The position numbers and the translations under genes are program-made. This document shows, in pieces, positions 35,027-48,734 of a stretch of 64,000 nucleotides of DNA. Every line of letters begins with the position of its first letter. The first letter of the stretch is position 1. The DNA comes from Macrostomum hystrix. Its lineage: Eukaryota; Animalia; Platyhelminthes. The stretch is taken from the NCBI GenBank assembly GCA_950097015.1, contig CATNEN010000033.1:4216001-4280000 (forward strand). The letters are read 5' to 3'. The notes under the pieces were generated by a model, which had not been told where the DNA came from, did not search any database, and saw only the letters and a program-made list of their open reading frames with translations.

Positions 35027-38000
35027 TTGGGATTTCTGATTCCCATCAATAATGATCAGTGCAGGATTGTGATTTCTGATTCCCATCGATATTGAGCAGT
35101 GCAGGATTGTGATTTCTGATTCCCATCGATATTGAGCAGTGCAGGACTGTGATTTCTGATTCCCATCGATATTGAGCAGTGCAGGATTGTGATTTCTGAT
35201 TCCCATCGATATTGATCAGTGCAGGATTGTGATTTCTGATTCCCATCGATATTGATCAGTGCAGGATTGTGATTTCTGATTCCCATCGATATTGATCAGT
35301 GCAGGATTGTGATTTCTGATTCCCATCGATATTGAGCAGTGCAGGACTGTGATTTCTGATTCCCATCGATATTGAGCAGTGCAGGATTGTGATTTCTGAT
35401 TCCCATCGATATTGAGCAGTGCTGGATTGGGATTTCTGATTCCCATCGAGATTCCATCGATATTGAGCAGTGCAGGATTGTGATTTCTGATTCCCATCGA
35501 TATTGAGCAGTGCAGGATTGTGATTTCTGATTCCCATCGATATTGAGCAGTGCTGGATTGGGATTTCTGATTCCCATCGAGATTCCATCGATATTGAGCA
35601 GTGCAGGATTGTGATTTCTGATTCCCATCGATATTGAGCAGTGCAGGACTGTGATTTCTGATTCACATCGATATTGAGCAGTGCAGGATTGTGATTTCTG
35701 ATTCCCATCGATATTGAGCAGTGCTGGATTGGGATTTCTGATTCCCATCGAGATTCCATCGATATTGAGCAGTGCAGGATTGTGATTTCTGATTCCCATC
35801 GAAATTGAGCAGTGCAGGATTGTGATTTCTGATTCCCATCGATATTGAGCAGTGCAGGATTGTGATTTCTGATTCCCATCGATATTGAGCAGTGCAGGAT
35901 TGTGATTTCTGATTCCCATCGATATTGAGCAGTGCAGGATTGGGATTTCTGATTCCCATCGAGATTCCATCGATATTGAGCAGTGCAGGATTGTGATTTC
36001 TGATTCCCATCGATATTGACCAGTGCAGGATTGTGATTTCTGATTCCCATCGATATTGAGCAGTGCTGGATTGGGATTTCTGATTCCCATCGAGATTCCA
36101 TCGATATTGAGCAGTGCAGGATTGTGATTTCTGATTCCCATCGAAATTGAGCAGTGCAGGATTGTGATTTCTGATTCCCATCGATATTGAGCAGTGCAGG
36201 ATTGTGATTTCTGATTCCCATCGATATTGAGCAGTGCAGGATTGTGATTTCTGATTCCCATCGATATTGAGCAGTGCAGGATTGGGATTTCTGATTCCCA
36301 TCGAGATTCCATCGATATTGAGCAGTGCAGGATTGTGATTTCTGATTCCCATCGATATTGACCAGTGCAGGATTGTGATTTCTGATTCCCATCGATACTG
36401 AGCAGTGCTGGATTGGGATTTCTGATTCCCATCGAGATTCCATCGATATTGAGCAGTGCAGGATTGTGATTTCTGATTCCCATCGAAATTGAGCAGTGCA
36501 GGATTGTGATTTCTGATTCCCATCGATATTGAGCAGTGCAGGATTGTGATTTCTGATTCCCATCGATATTGAGCAGTGCAGGATTGTGATTTCTGATTCC
36601 CATCGATATTGAGCAGTGCAGGATTGGGATTTCTGATTCCCATCGAGATTCCATCGATATTGAGCAGTGCAGGATTGTGATTTCTGATTCCCATCGATAT
36701 TGACCAGTGCAGGATTGTGATTTCTGATTCCCATCGATATTGAGCAGTGCTGGATTGGGATTTCTGATTCCCATCGAGATTCCATCGATATTGAGCAGTG
36801 CAGGATTGTGATTTCTGATTCCCATCGAAATTGAGCAGTGCAGGATTGTGATTTCTGATTCCCATCGATATTGAGCAGTGCAGGATTGTGATTTCTGATT
36901 CCCATCGATATTGAGCAGTGCTGGATTGGGATTTCTGATTCCCATCGAGATTCCATCGATATTGAGCAGTGCAGGATTGTGATTTCTGATTCCCATCGAA
37001 ATTGAGCAGTGCAGGATTGTGATTTCTGATTCCCATCGATATTGAGCAGTGCAGGATTGTGATTTCTGATTCCCATCGATATTGAGCAGTGCAGGATTGT
37101 GATTTCTGATTCCCATCGATATAGAGCAGTTCAGGATTGGGATTTCTGATTCCCATCGATATTGATCAGTGCAGGATTGTGATTTCTGATTCCCATCGAT
37201 ATTGAGCAGTGCAGGACTGTGATTTCTGATTCCCATCGATATTGAGCAGTGCAGGATTGTGATTTCTGATTCCCATCGATATTGAGCAGTGCTGGATTGG
37301 GATTTCTGATTCCCATCGAGATTCCATCGATATTGAGCAGTGCAGGATTGTGATTTCTGATTCCCATCGATATTGAGCAGTGCAGGATTGTGATTTCTGA
37401 TTCCCATCGATATTGAGCAGTGCTGGATTGGGATTTCTGATTCCCATCGAGATTCCATCGATATTGAGCAGTGCAGGATTGTGATTTCTGATTCCCATCG
37501 ATATTGAGCAGTGCAGGACTGTGATTTCTGATTCACATCGATATTGAGCAGTGCAGGATTGTGATTTCTGATTCCCATCGATATTGAGCAGTGCTGGATT
37601 GGGATTTCTGATTCCCATCGAGATTCCATCGATATTGAGCAGTGCAGGATTGTGATTTCTGATTCCCATCGAAATTGAGCAGTGCAGGATTGTGATTTCT
37701 GATTCCCATCGATATTGAGCAGTGCAGGATTGTGATTTCTGATTCCCATCGATATTGAGCAGTGCAGGATTGTGATTTCTGATTCCCATCGATATTGAGC
37801 AGTGCAGGATTGTGATTTCTGATTCCCATCGAGATTCCATCGATATTGAGCAGTGCAGGATTGTGATTTCTGATTCCCATCGATATTGACCAGTGCAGGA
37901 TTGTGATTTCTGATTCCCATCGATATTGAGCAGTGCTGGATTGGATTTCTGATTCCCATCGAGATTCCATCGATATTGAGCAGTGCAGGATTGTGATTTC

Positions 38001-39130
38001 TGATTCCCATCGAAATTGAGCAGTGCAGGATTGTGATTTCTGATTCCCATCGATATTGAGCAGTGCAGGATTGTGATTTCTGATTCCCATCGATATTGAG
38101 CAGTGCAGGATTGTGATTTCTGATTCCCATCGATATTGAGCAGTGCAGGATTGGGATTTCTGATTCCCATCGAGATTCCATCGATATTGAGCAGTGCAGG
38201 ATTGTGATTTCTGATTCCCATCGATATTGACCAGTGCAGGATTGTGATTTCTGATTCCCATCGATACTGAGCAGTGCTGGATTGGGATTTCTGATTCCCA
38301 TCGAGATTCCATCGATATTGAGCAGTGCAGGATTGTGATTTCTGATTCCCATCGAAATTGAGCAGTGCAGGATTGTGATTTCTGATTCCCATCGATATTG
38401 AGCAGTGCAGGATTGTGATTTCTGATTCCCATCGATATTGAGCAGTGCAGGATTGTGATTTCTGATTCCCATCGATATTGAGCAGTGCAGGATTGGGATT
38501 TCTGATTCCCATCGAGATTCCATCGATATTGAGCAGTGCAGGATTGTGATTTCTGATTCCCATCGATATTGACCAGTGCAGGATTGTGATTTCTGATTCC
38601 CATCGATATTGAGCAGTGCTGGATTGGGATTTCTGATTCCCATCGAGATTCCATCGATATTGAGCAGTGCAGGATTGTGATTTCTGATTCCCATCGAAAT
38701 TGAGCAGTGCAGGATTGTGATTTCTGATTCCCATCGATATTGAGCAGTGCAGGATTGTGATTTCTGATTCCCATCGATATTGAGCAGTGCTGGATTGGGA
38801 TTTCTGATTCCCATCGAGATTCCATCGATATTGAGCAGTGCAGGATTGTGATTTCTGATTCCCATCGAAATTGAGCAGTGCAGGATTGTGATTTCTGATT
38901 CCCATCGATATTGAGCAGTGCAGGATTGTGATTTCTGATTCCCATCGATATTGAGCAGTGCAGGATTGTGATTTCTGATTCCCATCGATATAGAGCAGTT
39001 CAGGATTGGGATTTCTGATTCCCATCGAGATTCCATCGATATTGAGCAGTGCAGGATTGGGATTTCTGATTCCCATCGAGATTCCATCGATATTGAGCAG
39101 TGCTGGATTGGGATTTCTGATTCCCATCGA
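35027..39130. repeat. 40-bp satellite (GATTTCTGATTCCCATCGATATTGAGCAGTGCAGGATTGT) with 51-bp variants (+GAGATTCCATC), ~95 units
   Basis: Direct reading; the 40-aa periodic ORFs in all three minus-strand frames are the translation of this unit. Confidence 0.97.
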
Positions 39131-41333
39131 TTTCCCACTTGTTCATTCGGCAGGTCCGTTGCTTTAAGCACAGACCAAGTTGGTGACGGGATTTGTCAAG
39201 CAACCTCGCATTTGACGCTGATTATACTCGTATAAAATTGTGTATAATTATTTTCCACCAAATTTCACGTCAGCGGAGCTGAATTCCTGGAACACCTGGA
39301 ACTCGCGATAGCTCAGGATCACTGCAATATATTTTCTCAATCGCTTAGCAGTCTCACTTTTCGTAACATATTGTTTGCAGACGCAGAGAGGCTGACAAGC
39401 AAACTGCTTACTTGGTTACCAGCCGGGCCTAGGCTGACTGTTGATGGTTTCTAGGGAAAAATATCACCTGTCAAAACAGTGCAGCTGGCGGCAATTGATT
39501 GAGACTTAAGACTCACTCCCACAAAAACCAACTCCGGACATCAAACGCAGCCGCCGTGTATTGATCTGGTTTCTCCGCTTGACTAATACGCTTACCTGGC
39601 TTCAAACATTTTCGCCGCCAGAAAAACCTAAAAATACCACCTTAGCTTGTTTTGACAAAAAACCCGACGGGAAGAAGCGATACCATTCGTGTTTTTACCA
39701 ATGAGGAGGAATAGTTTCTAACATTCACTTTCGCTAAAATTCTCACTTCTGACCAGAGCACTGAAAAACTGACGAAATCCGATACTGCCTGCTGCCCAGT
39801 CATAGGCTAATTAGTTTTCCTCCTACCTAGTCCAATTAAGAATGAACTGAAAATGGTGAGAAGTTCGATTTCTCTGCACTTTAATGCGCAGTTTCGATCG
39901 GTGAGACTTTGTGAGAATGCAGAAGTTCCTGCTGGCAAGAAGGCAAGAGATCACCATCTGGCCATCGATTCCAGAGCCAGCTCACGCTTCCGAGTTCTCC
40001 AATCAGCGCATGGAAGCATCGACATCTGTGCTCACTGCGACTGGCCCAGCTCTCCGGTCGGCCAGCCGCCATCCTGCTAGGGCGTGAGTCTGTTTTTCTA
40101 ACAGCTACAGGTCCTGGCAGTCGGTCATAAATTATTCAAATCGATGGGAGAATGGAGTGGGTCGAGCAGTGCACAGTATTTCATTGCAGAATAAATAAAT
40201 CTGAGTGGCCACCTCTGCAGACTAAAATTTCGCAGTTTGAGAATTCTTTTTTCATCACCGAATCGCATATATAGCGACTTAAAGTGGCGTAATTTGACAC
40301 GCTTTATTCTCGTTAGTAATCTGAATGAAAATGAACAGGATGCTCGAGCAAAATTACATACATGATTGTACATGACTGGGTAAGAAAATAAGCTTGTTAG
40401 GTGAAGTGGGTGCTAAAGCTAATGTGCGCGTGAAACTATTGGACGATTTTGATTGGCTGAAGCCAGCTTTGGGGTGGCGCTCGTGGAGTGAGGTGGATGT
40501 GTAAGCGGATGCGTTGCGTACAGAATTTTTCGTCACCTTAGCCCGAACCTGATTGTATATCGATTTAAATGTAAAACAGCTGATTTGGGGCGAATGAGGA
40601 GCGCTATTGAGCCAGACTCTCGCTCCAAGGCCCTTGAACTCGAATCCGGGGCGAGGCCTCATTAACTTGGGGGCAGCCACGAAATAAGATTTGAGGGCTT
40701 TTCGTGCAATTTAGACCCGAAATGTGCCTGACGATGAAAAAGACAGCGCAGATGTACAAACCTGTGTGAGTGTATGCTCAGTGGGTCAGCTAAATGTGCA
40801 GAATTCCTTGCTAGCTGCAAGTCAGTGCCCACAGGCCCTCGAAGGAATATGTACTATTATTATTATTGTTATTACTTTTTATTATGAGAGCCAATGTACG
40901 TTCTGACTGCCTTTCAGTTTTCACGACATTTTTTATACAAACCAGGTTGAAAACTTTGCATAAAAAGAACACAGACCATCGCAGAGGCACTTCACGACAT
41001 AATTAGTTCTGACCGCGTGTCCCTCCTGCATTCCGCTGTGCACTTGTATCTCAGGACCACATGATCAGCAGATTTCAGCACGCACAGGAGCCGCATGTCA
41101 TCACTAAACTGGCAGGCTTGAATTTCAGTCAGCAGCTCAGGGTGGGGCTAGACCAACAAGCTGCCACACATAATTATCCCCATCTGGACAAGCCAAGGGG
41201 ATCATTTGAACTTCGACCCTGAGGGCTCGGTTGAGGGTTATTAAACACCAGGGCCAGTTTTGATCAACATTTTTAGCGGTCGGCTTTCGCTTGAAGAGAG
41301 ATGGTCTGCTGGTTTAAGGCTTTAAGCCATAAA

Positions 41334-41562
41334 TTCAGCACACCGGCTATTATACATCAGTACATTCAGCACACCGGCTATTATACATCAGTACATTCAG
41401 CACACCGGCTATTATACATCAGTACATTCAGCACACCGGCTATTATACATCAGGTACATTCAGCACACCGGCTATTATACATCAGGTACATTCAGCATAC
41501 CGGCTATTATACATCAGTACATTCAGCACACCGGCTATTATACATCAGTACATTCAGCACAC
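41334..41562. repeat. 31-bp minisatellite (TACATTCAGCACACCGGCTATTATACATCAG), ~7 copies
   Basis: Period of 31 (41341 to 41372). Confidence 0.93.
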
Positions 41563-42283
41563 TATAATTCATAAGACACTTGCCAACAGTCAGATGTACA
41601 TGCCACAGGTTTTGGTACGGAAAATAGATGATAAAGCTAAAGAAGGGCCATCAAGTAGAGCACATAACGGGTTGTTCCAAAAGTGCTCAAGCGCAGCCGC
41701 TGAAGCCCCAAGAGATCGAGCCGGAGGAGCTCGCTGGCTTCGTAGTTCGGACACGATTTCTGCAGCGGCAGCGGCTGCTTCAGTTAATTAAGGCGGACAG
41801 AAGAAAAAGAAGACAGGTGCAGAGTTGAGCAGGTGAGTAAGCCGGTTGCTCACGCCACTGAATCAGGCTGCAGCTCGGGCTGCTACAACAGACAAGAAAG
41901 AGTGAAATCCTCTCTCAGCGGACTTGGCCCGAATCCGGCCATTTATTTTTCTCAACGACGGTGGCGTGCGCGCGTGACGTTCCAGGCCTGATTTGCTTAA
42001 ATTAGAGCAGGAAAGCAATTAGAAAGATGCCTGCTGCTTGCTCAGCCAATTTAATCAAATACAGTTTCACGTGTCTCTGTTTGTTAGGCGCATCCGTTTT
42101 CGTCATCAGTTGAGACATGATTTATTTCAGTCCAAAATAATTCTGACAAACAGAGCCAGAACTCATAGCGATATTCCAGAACTCATTGCAGTAAATTGCT
42201 CCCAAACAAATTGTGAAAATTATGAACCTAATGAGATACTTTTACATTTTGAATCAACGCCACTACATGGATGGGAGAACTAG

Positions 42284-45200
42284 CCTACGCACTGAAGGAT
42301 GGGCAAAGGGACCTACGCACTGAAGGATGGGCAAAGGGATCTACGCACTGAAGGATGGGCAAAGGGACCTACGCACTGAAGGATGGGCAAAGGGATCTAC
42401 GCACTGAAGGATGGGCAAAGGGATCTATGCACTGAAGGATGGGCAAAGGGATCTACGCACTGAAGGATGGGCAAAGGGATCTACGCACTGAAGGATGGGC
42501 AAAGGGACCTACGCACTGAAGGATGGGCAAAGGGACCTACGCACTGAAGGATGGGCAAAGGGATCTACGCACTGAAGGATGGGCAAAGGGATCTACGCAC
42601 TGAAGGATGGGCAAAGGGACCTACGCACTGAAGGATGGGCAAAGGGACCTACGCACTGAAGGATGGGGAAAGGGATCTACGCACTGAAGGATGGGCAAAG
42701 GGATCTACGCACTGAAGGATGGGCAAAGGGACCTACGCACTGAAGGATGGGCAAAGGGACCTACGCACTGAAGGATGGGCAAAGGGACCTACGCACTGAA
42801 GGATGGGCAAAGGGATCTACGCACTGAAGGATGGGCAAAGGGACCTACGCACTGAAGGATGGGCAAAGGGACCTACGCACTGAAGGATGGGGAAAGGGAT
42901 CTACGCACTGAAGGATGGGCAAAGGGATCTACGCACTGAAGGATGGGCAAAGGGACCTACGCACTGAAGGATGGGCAAAGGGACCTACGCACTGAAGGAT
43001 GGGCAAAGGGACCTACGCACTGAAGGATGGGCAAAGGGATCTACGCACTGAAGGATGGGCAAAGGGATCTACGCACTGAAGGATGGGGAAAGGGACCTAC
43101 GCACTGAAGGATGGGCAAAGGGATCTACGCACTGAAGGATGGGCAAAGGGACCTACGCACTGAAGGATGGGCAAAGGGATCTACGCACTGAAGGATGGGG
43201 AAAGGGACCTACGCACTGAAGGATGGGCAAAGGGATCTACGCACTGAAGGATGGGCAAAGGGACCTACGCACTGAAGGATGGGCAAAGGGATCTACGCAC
43301 TGAAGGATGGGCAAAGGGATCTATGCACTGAAGGATGGGCAAAGGGATCTACGCACTGAAGGATGGGCAAAGGGATCTACGCACTGAAGGATGGGCAAAG
43401 GGACCTACGCACTGAAGGATGGGCAAAGGGACCTACGCACTGAAGGATGGGCAAAGGGATCTACGCACTGAAGGATGGGCAAAGGGATCTACGCACTGAA
43501 GGATGGGCAAAGGGACCTACGCACTGAAGGATGGGCAAAGGGACCTACGCACTGAAGGATGGGGAAAGGGATCTACGCACTGAAGGATGGGCAAAGGGAT
43601 CTACGCACTGAAGGATGGGCAAAGGGACCTACGCACTGAAGGATGGGCAAAGGGACCTACGCACTGAAGGATGGGCAAAGGGACCTACGCACTGAAGGAT
43701 GGGCAAAGGGACCTACGCACTGAAGGATGGGCAAAGGGACCTACGCACTGAAGGATGGGCAAAGGGATCTACGCACTGAAGGATGGGCAAAGGGATCTAC
43801 GCACTGAAGGATGGGGAAAGGGACCTACGCACTGAAGGATGGGCAAAGGGATCTACGCACTGAAGGATGGGCAAAGGGACCTACGCACTGAAGGATGGGC
43901 AAAGGGATCTACGCACTGAAGGATGGGGAAAGGGACCTACGCACTGAAGGATGGGCAAAGGGATCTACGCACTGAAGGATGGGCAAAGGGACCTACGCAC
44001 TGAAGGATGGGCAAAGGGATCTACGCACTGAAGGATGGGCAAAGGGATCTATGCACTGAAGGATGGGCAAAGGGATCTACGCACTGAAGGATGGGCAAAG
44101 GGATCTACGCACTGAAGGATGGGCAAAGGGACCTACGCACTGAAGGATGGGCAAAGGGACCTACGCACTGAAGGATGGGCAAAGGGATCTACGCACTGAA
44201 GGATGGGCAAAGGGATCTACGCACTGAAGGATGGGCAAAGGGACCTACGCACTGAAGGATGGGCAAAGGGACCTACGCACTGAAGGATGGGGAAAGGGAT
44301 CTACGCACTGAAGGATGGGCAAAGGGATCTACGCACTGAAGGATGGGCAAAGGGACCTACGCACTGAAGGATGGGCAAAGGGACCTACGCACTGAAGGAT
44401 GGGCAAAGGGACCTACGCACTGAAGGATGGGCAAAGGGATCTACGCACTGAAGGATGGGCAAAGGGACCTACGCACTGAAGGATGGGCAAAGGGACCTAC
44501 GCACTGAAGGATGGGGAAAGGGATCTACGCACTGAAGGATGGGCAAAGGGATCTACGCACTGAAGGATGGGCAAAGGGACCTACGCACTGAAGGATGGGC
44601 AAAGGGACCTACGCACTGAAGGATGGGCAAAGGGACCTACGCACTGAAGGATGGGCAAAGGGATCTACGCACTGAAGGATGGGCAAAGGGATCTACGCAC
44701 TGAAGGATGGGGAAAGGGACCTACGCACTGAAGGATGGGCAAAGGGATCTACGCACTGAAGGATGGGCAAAGGGACCTACGCACTGAAGGATGGGCAAAG
44801 GGATCTACGCACTGAAGGATGGGGAAAGGGACCTACGCACTGAAGGATGGGCAAAGGGATCTACGCACTGAAGGATGGGCAAAGGGACCTACGCACTGAA
44901 GGATGGGCAAAGGGATCTATGCACTGAAGGATGGGCAAAGGGACCTACGCACTGAAGGATGGGCAAAGGGACCTACGCACTGAAGGATGGGGAAAGGGAC
45001 CTACGCACTGAAGGATGGGCAAAGGGATCTACGCACTGAAGGATGGGCAAAGGGACCTACGCACTGAAGGATGGGGAAAGGGACCTACGCACTAAAGGAT
45101 GGGCAAAGGGACCTACGCACTGAAGGATGGGCAAAGGGATCTACGCACTGAAGGATAGGCAAAGGGATCTACGCACTGAAGGATAGGCAAAGGGATCTAC

Positions 45201-45470
45201 GCACTGAAGGATGGGCAAAGGGATCTATGCACTGAAGGATGGGCAAAGGGACCTACGCACTGAAGGATGGGCAAAGGGACCTACGCACTGAAGGATGGGC
45301 AAAGGGACCTACGCACTGAAGGATGGGGAAAGGGACCTACGCACTGAAGGATGGGGAAAGGGACCTACGCACTGAAGGATGGGCAAAGGGAATTTGCGCT
45401 AAAGGATTTGGAAAAGGACCTACGCGCTGAAGGATAAGGAAAGGGATATACGCACTGAAGGATGGGGGAA
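42284..45470. repeat. 28-bp satellite (CTACGCACTGAAGGATGGGCAAAGGGA(C/T)), ~110 copies
   Basis: Period of 28; highly homogeneous, degenerating at the 3' end. Confidence 0.98.
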
Positions 45471-45984
45471 CGGGACTTGCGCTGAAGAATACAATCTAAT
45501 TGACATAATTAGTTCAGAAAGCATGTTGCCTGCTTTAAGGAATAATAGACACATCAAATAGCTGATTAAATTAAGAAAGAAGACATTGTAAGCCAATCTT
45601 TGTAAATTTTCAATTAGAAACAAGGTATAAAATGATGTGAGAATTGAGCTGCGGCAAATATGGACAAGCTGGCATCGCAAATTTACTTTATAACTGAGGA
45701 TAAACTGAGAGCAGGAAATGCCGATTTGAGAAGAATGCAGGCATTGCACACAATCAAAATATACTGATAGGCGAAACTGTGGGTGGAAACAAAAAATTAT
45801 ACGCGACCTACAACGAAACCCAGGCGCAAGTACCCATTAAAGCTTCTACAAGCCTTACAATTACTCGTACTATGCCTAACTTAACTTTCGACGCCAAGAG
45901 CAATTGGATTGCGCTACTTAGGAAATCACCCAATTTGAACAAAAAATCATCATTGCCGGTCATTGCAGATCATCATCGATCACC

Positions 45985-46500
45985 CTTCCCAATCCTTGTT
46001 GGTCACTCATTGATCACTCTACCCAATCCTTATTGGTCACTCGTCAGTCACCCTTCCCAATCCTTATTGGTCACTCGTCAGTCACCCTTCCCAATCCTTA
46101 TTGGTCACTCGTCAATCACCCTTCCCAATCCTTATTGGTCACTTATTGATCACTCTTCCCAATCCTTATTGGTCACTTATTGATCACTCTTCCCAATCCT
46201 TATTGGTCACTTATTGATCACTCTTCCCAATCCTTATTGGTCACTTATTGATCACTCTTCCCAATCCTTATTGGTCACTCATTGATCACTCTTCCCAATC
46301 CTTATTGGTCACTCATTGATCACTCTTCCCAATCCTTATTGGTCACTCATTGATCAGCCCTCCCAATCCTATTGATCACTCTTTGATCAGCTTTCCCAAT
46401 CCTATTGGTCACTCATTGATCAACCTTCCCAATCCTTATTGGTCACTCATCGATCACCCTTCCCAATCCTTGTTGGTCACTCATCGATCAGCCTTCCCAA
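45985..46500. repeat. 34-bp minisatellite (TCCCAATCCTTATTGGTCACTTATTGATCACTCT) immediately 3' of the TARBP2-like stop codon
   Basis: Period of 34; contains the inverted repeat CCAAT-cctt-ATTGG. Confidence 0.93.
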
Positions 46501-46501
46501 C

Positions 46502-47958
46502 TCAGATGGGACGCCCGCGCGGGTCTGTCAGGGCGGTCAGGGCTTCAAGGGCGGCTCGGCAGGCTTGGATTCGGGCGGCCTCGGCGGTGGCTCCGGAGCC
46601 CACCGCGGCCAGAGGCGGCGCCGTCCCTAGTCGCAGCAGGCAGGGTGTCAGGCCGCTGTGCCCGACTGCCAGATCGTGAAACTCCAGCGCGAACCTGTGC
46701 GCGGATGCCAGGGCTTCCAATCGCGCTTTCGGACACTGGACGACTTCGTCGCTGCCATTGTCGTCTTGGACATTGCTGACCGCGGCCACCTGAAAGTGTT
46801 TGCAGTTGGCCATTGATCTTCTAAATAAGTTAACATAATATGGATTAACAATGACTGAATCTAGTTACAGCCTCGTTATCTAATTAGTATCCTTAATAAT
46901 CATGGACTCCATGGAAAATCCCCATGGACTCCCCATGGAAAATCCCCATAGGCTATCCATGGACTCCCCATGAAAAATCCCCATGGACTCGCGCACCTGA
47001 CCAAGCAGCGGGCCGCCTTTGCGAGCTCGCAGGCCGGAGAACAGGCGGCCAATCTCGGTGCCAGCCGTGGCTGAAAGTCTGGCCGGACTGGCCGAGCGGG
47101 TGGCCTCGCCGGCGCCGCGGCCGACTGGGATTTCAGCCTCTTCTAGCAGGTCCAGCTCCTCCTGCGGGATAGTCAGCTTCTCGGCGCGGATCCGGTCCAG
47201 CAGGGCCTGCAGATTCGGGATTTGAGTATTGGAGTGACGTGAAGCATGACTTAGAAAATGTCACCCTGAATACCCAATTAATGTTTGAATACCCTTACCT
47301 GGGCGGCCCGGCGCTTGGCCAATCGCTTGGACCTGGCGCAGGCCTGCTGCTCCCAGCGCCACAGGCTGGCTGTGCACACAAACTGGCTGGTCTGGCCGGG
47401 GACAATTGTACAGGCGAACTGAAAGCCAGCCTGAGGCCACAGCCGGCGCTGGCAGAGCTCCTGCAGCTCCCCGATAGGATTGCCAGCCGCTTCCTCGTCG
47501 TCTTCCTCCAGGTTGGCCAGGTAGGCGGCAGCAGCGGCGGCGTCTGTCACACCGGACGAGTCGTCGCCGCATATTGAGCTACCGTCGGCTGACGCCACCG
47601 CTGCTGCTACTGCGGCAGCTGAAGCGGCAGCCGCCGCCGCGGCAGCGGACGATCCCGACGGCGCTGTTTCAGTCTGGCACAGCTGGCTGATGGTGGCACA
47701 CTCCGGCTCAGTCAGAGCAGCGCCATCGTTCAGCATCTTCACTAGGGTTGCGTGCGCGGCGTTGTGCTTCGCCCGCTTCTTGCTGACGCCGCGGCCGACG
47801 CCGCAGAAGGAGCCGGCGCGGCACTGAAACACAAACAGCGGCTCGTGAACCGGGCCCTCATTGGCTATGAGGTCGTACACCGGGGTGATGGAGCGCTTGA
47901 CGCAGAACTCCTGCAGCAGGCTGATCGGAGTCTTTCCGGTGGGAGGTCCGGCGGACAT
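46502..47958 (-). CDS. TARBP2: Three-dsRBD RISC-loading/Dicer cofactor (TRBP/PACT/Loquacious family), 385 aa. Exons: 47958-47299, 47206-46997, 46789-46502
   Basis: dsRBD1: KTPISLLQE...EGPVHEP...GRGVSKKRAKHNAA. dsRBD2: GNPIGELQELC...SKRLAKRRAA. Type-B dsRBD3: LEALASAHRFALEFHDL...SGLTPCLLRLGTAPP...GSGATAEAARIQACRAAL. Phase-0 GT-AG introns; in-frame stop upstream of the ATG. Confidence 0.9.
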
Positions 47959-48107
47959 AGCGAATGTTCATCTGGCTCAGCCGGGTTGGGAAGACTCGGT
48001 GTGCGAGCTGCGGATAGAAATTTTTTTTTCAATGTGCTTTAACACGTATGTGATGTATATGAAAACAAAATTTGGGAATATTTTATCCGCTGCTACACTG
48101 ACCAATC

Positions 48108-48472
48108 AGAGAACGCCAAATCTTTAAGTCTAGTCTGACCAATCAGAGAACACTTCAAAGAACCATCAAGTCTATACTGACCAACCAGAGAACACCTCAA
48201 GTCTACACTGACCAACCAGAGAACACCTTAAGTCTACACTGACCAACCAGAGAACACCTCAAGTCTACACTGACCAACCAGAGAACACCTCAAAGAGCAC
48301 CTCAAGTCTACACTGTCCAATCAGAGAACTCAAAGAACCATTAAGTCTACACTGACCAATCAGATAACACCAGGTCTACAAGTCAACATTGACCAATCAA
48401 AGAAAGCTAAGCCAATAATCTAAGCTGAAGCATCGAAAAATTCTTGCCCTCTCAAACTGACCAATCAGAGAA
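48108..48472. repeat. ~31-bp degenerate minisatellite (CTGACCAA(T/C)CAGAGAACACCTCAAGTCTACA) upstream of the TARBP2-like gene
   Basis: About 10 copies with the core TGACCAATCAGAGAAC. Confidence 0.88.
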
Positions 48473-48734
48473 TATCAGACCCGTAATCCTATTTTCTAAA
48501 TTATAATTATTATCCTCCCTACGGCACAAAAAATTAAAGGTAAGTGGAGCATAGCAGAAAGTTATTAATTAGCAATGAAATTATTTTACTCAATTACAAA
48601 AAAATCAATTAAGGGTCAAAAATAGCTTCCAGCTGCCAGCAGTCGTTGAACACATAATAAAGCAAAATTGCCGTAACACAGTATAAATAATTTTTTTTTA
48701 TGTTTAACGGATGAGGACTCCATAGACTCCATAG

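Noticed and set aside
35256-39171. Very long minus-strand ORFs (up to 1291 aa) as genuine CDS
   Set aside because: They are the translation of a 40/51-bp satellite. The same peptide appears in all three frames and unit indels are not frame-preserving per unit, so there is no sign of coding selection.
39586-39600. U1 snRNA 5' end (ATACGCTTACCTGGC)
   Set aside because: The downstream sequence does not resemble U1; it is better explained as a minus-strand CAG|GTAAG donor-like site or chance.
42284-45470. CRISPR array (also considered for the 37-bp and 40-bp arrays)
   Set aside because: Head-to-tail repeats without unique spacers, eukaryotic context, no cas genes.
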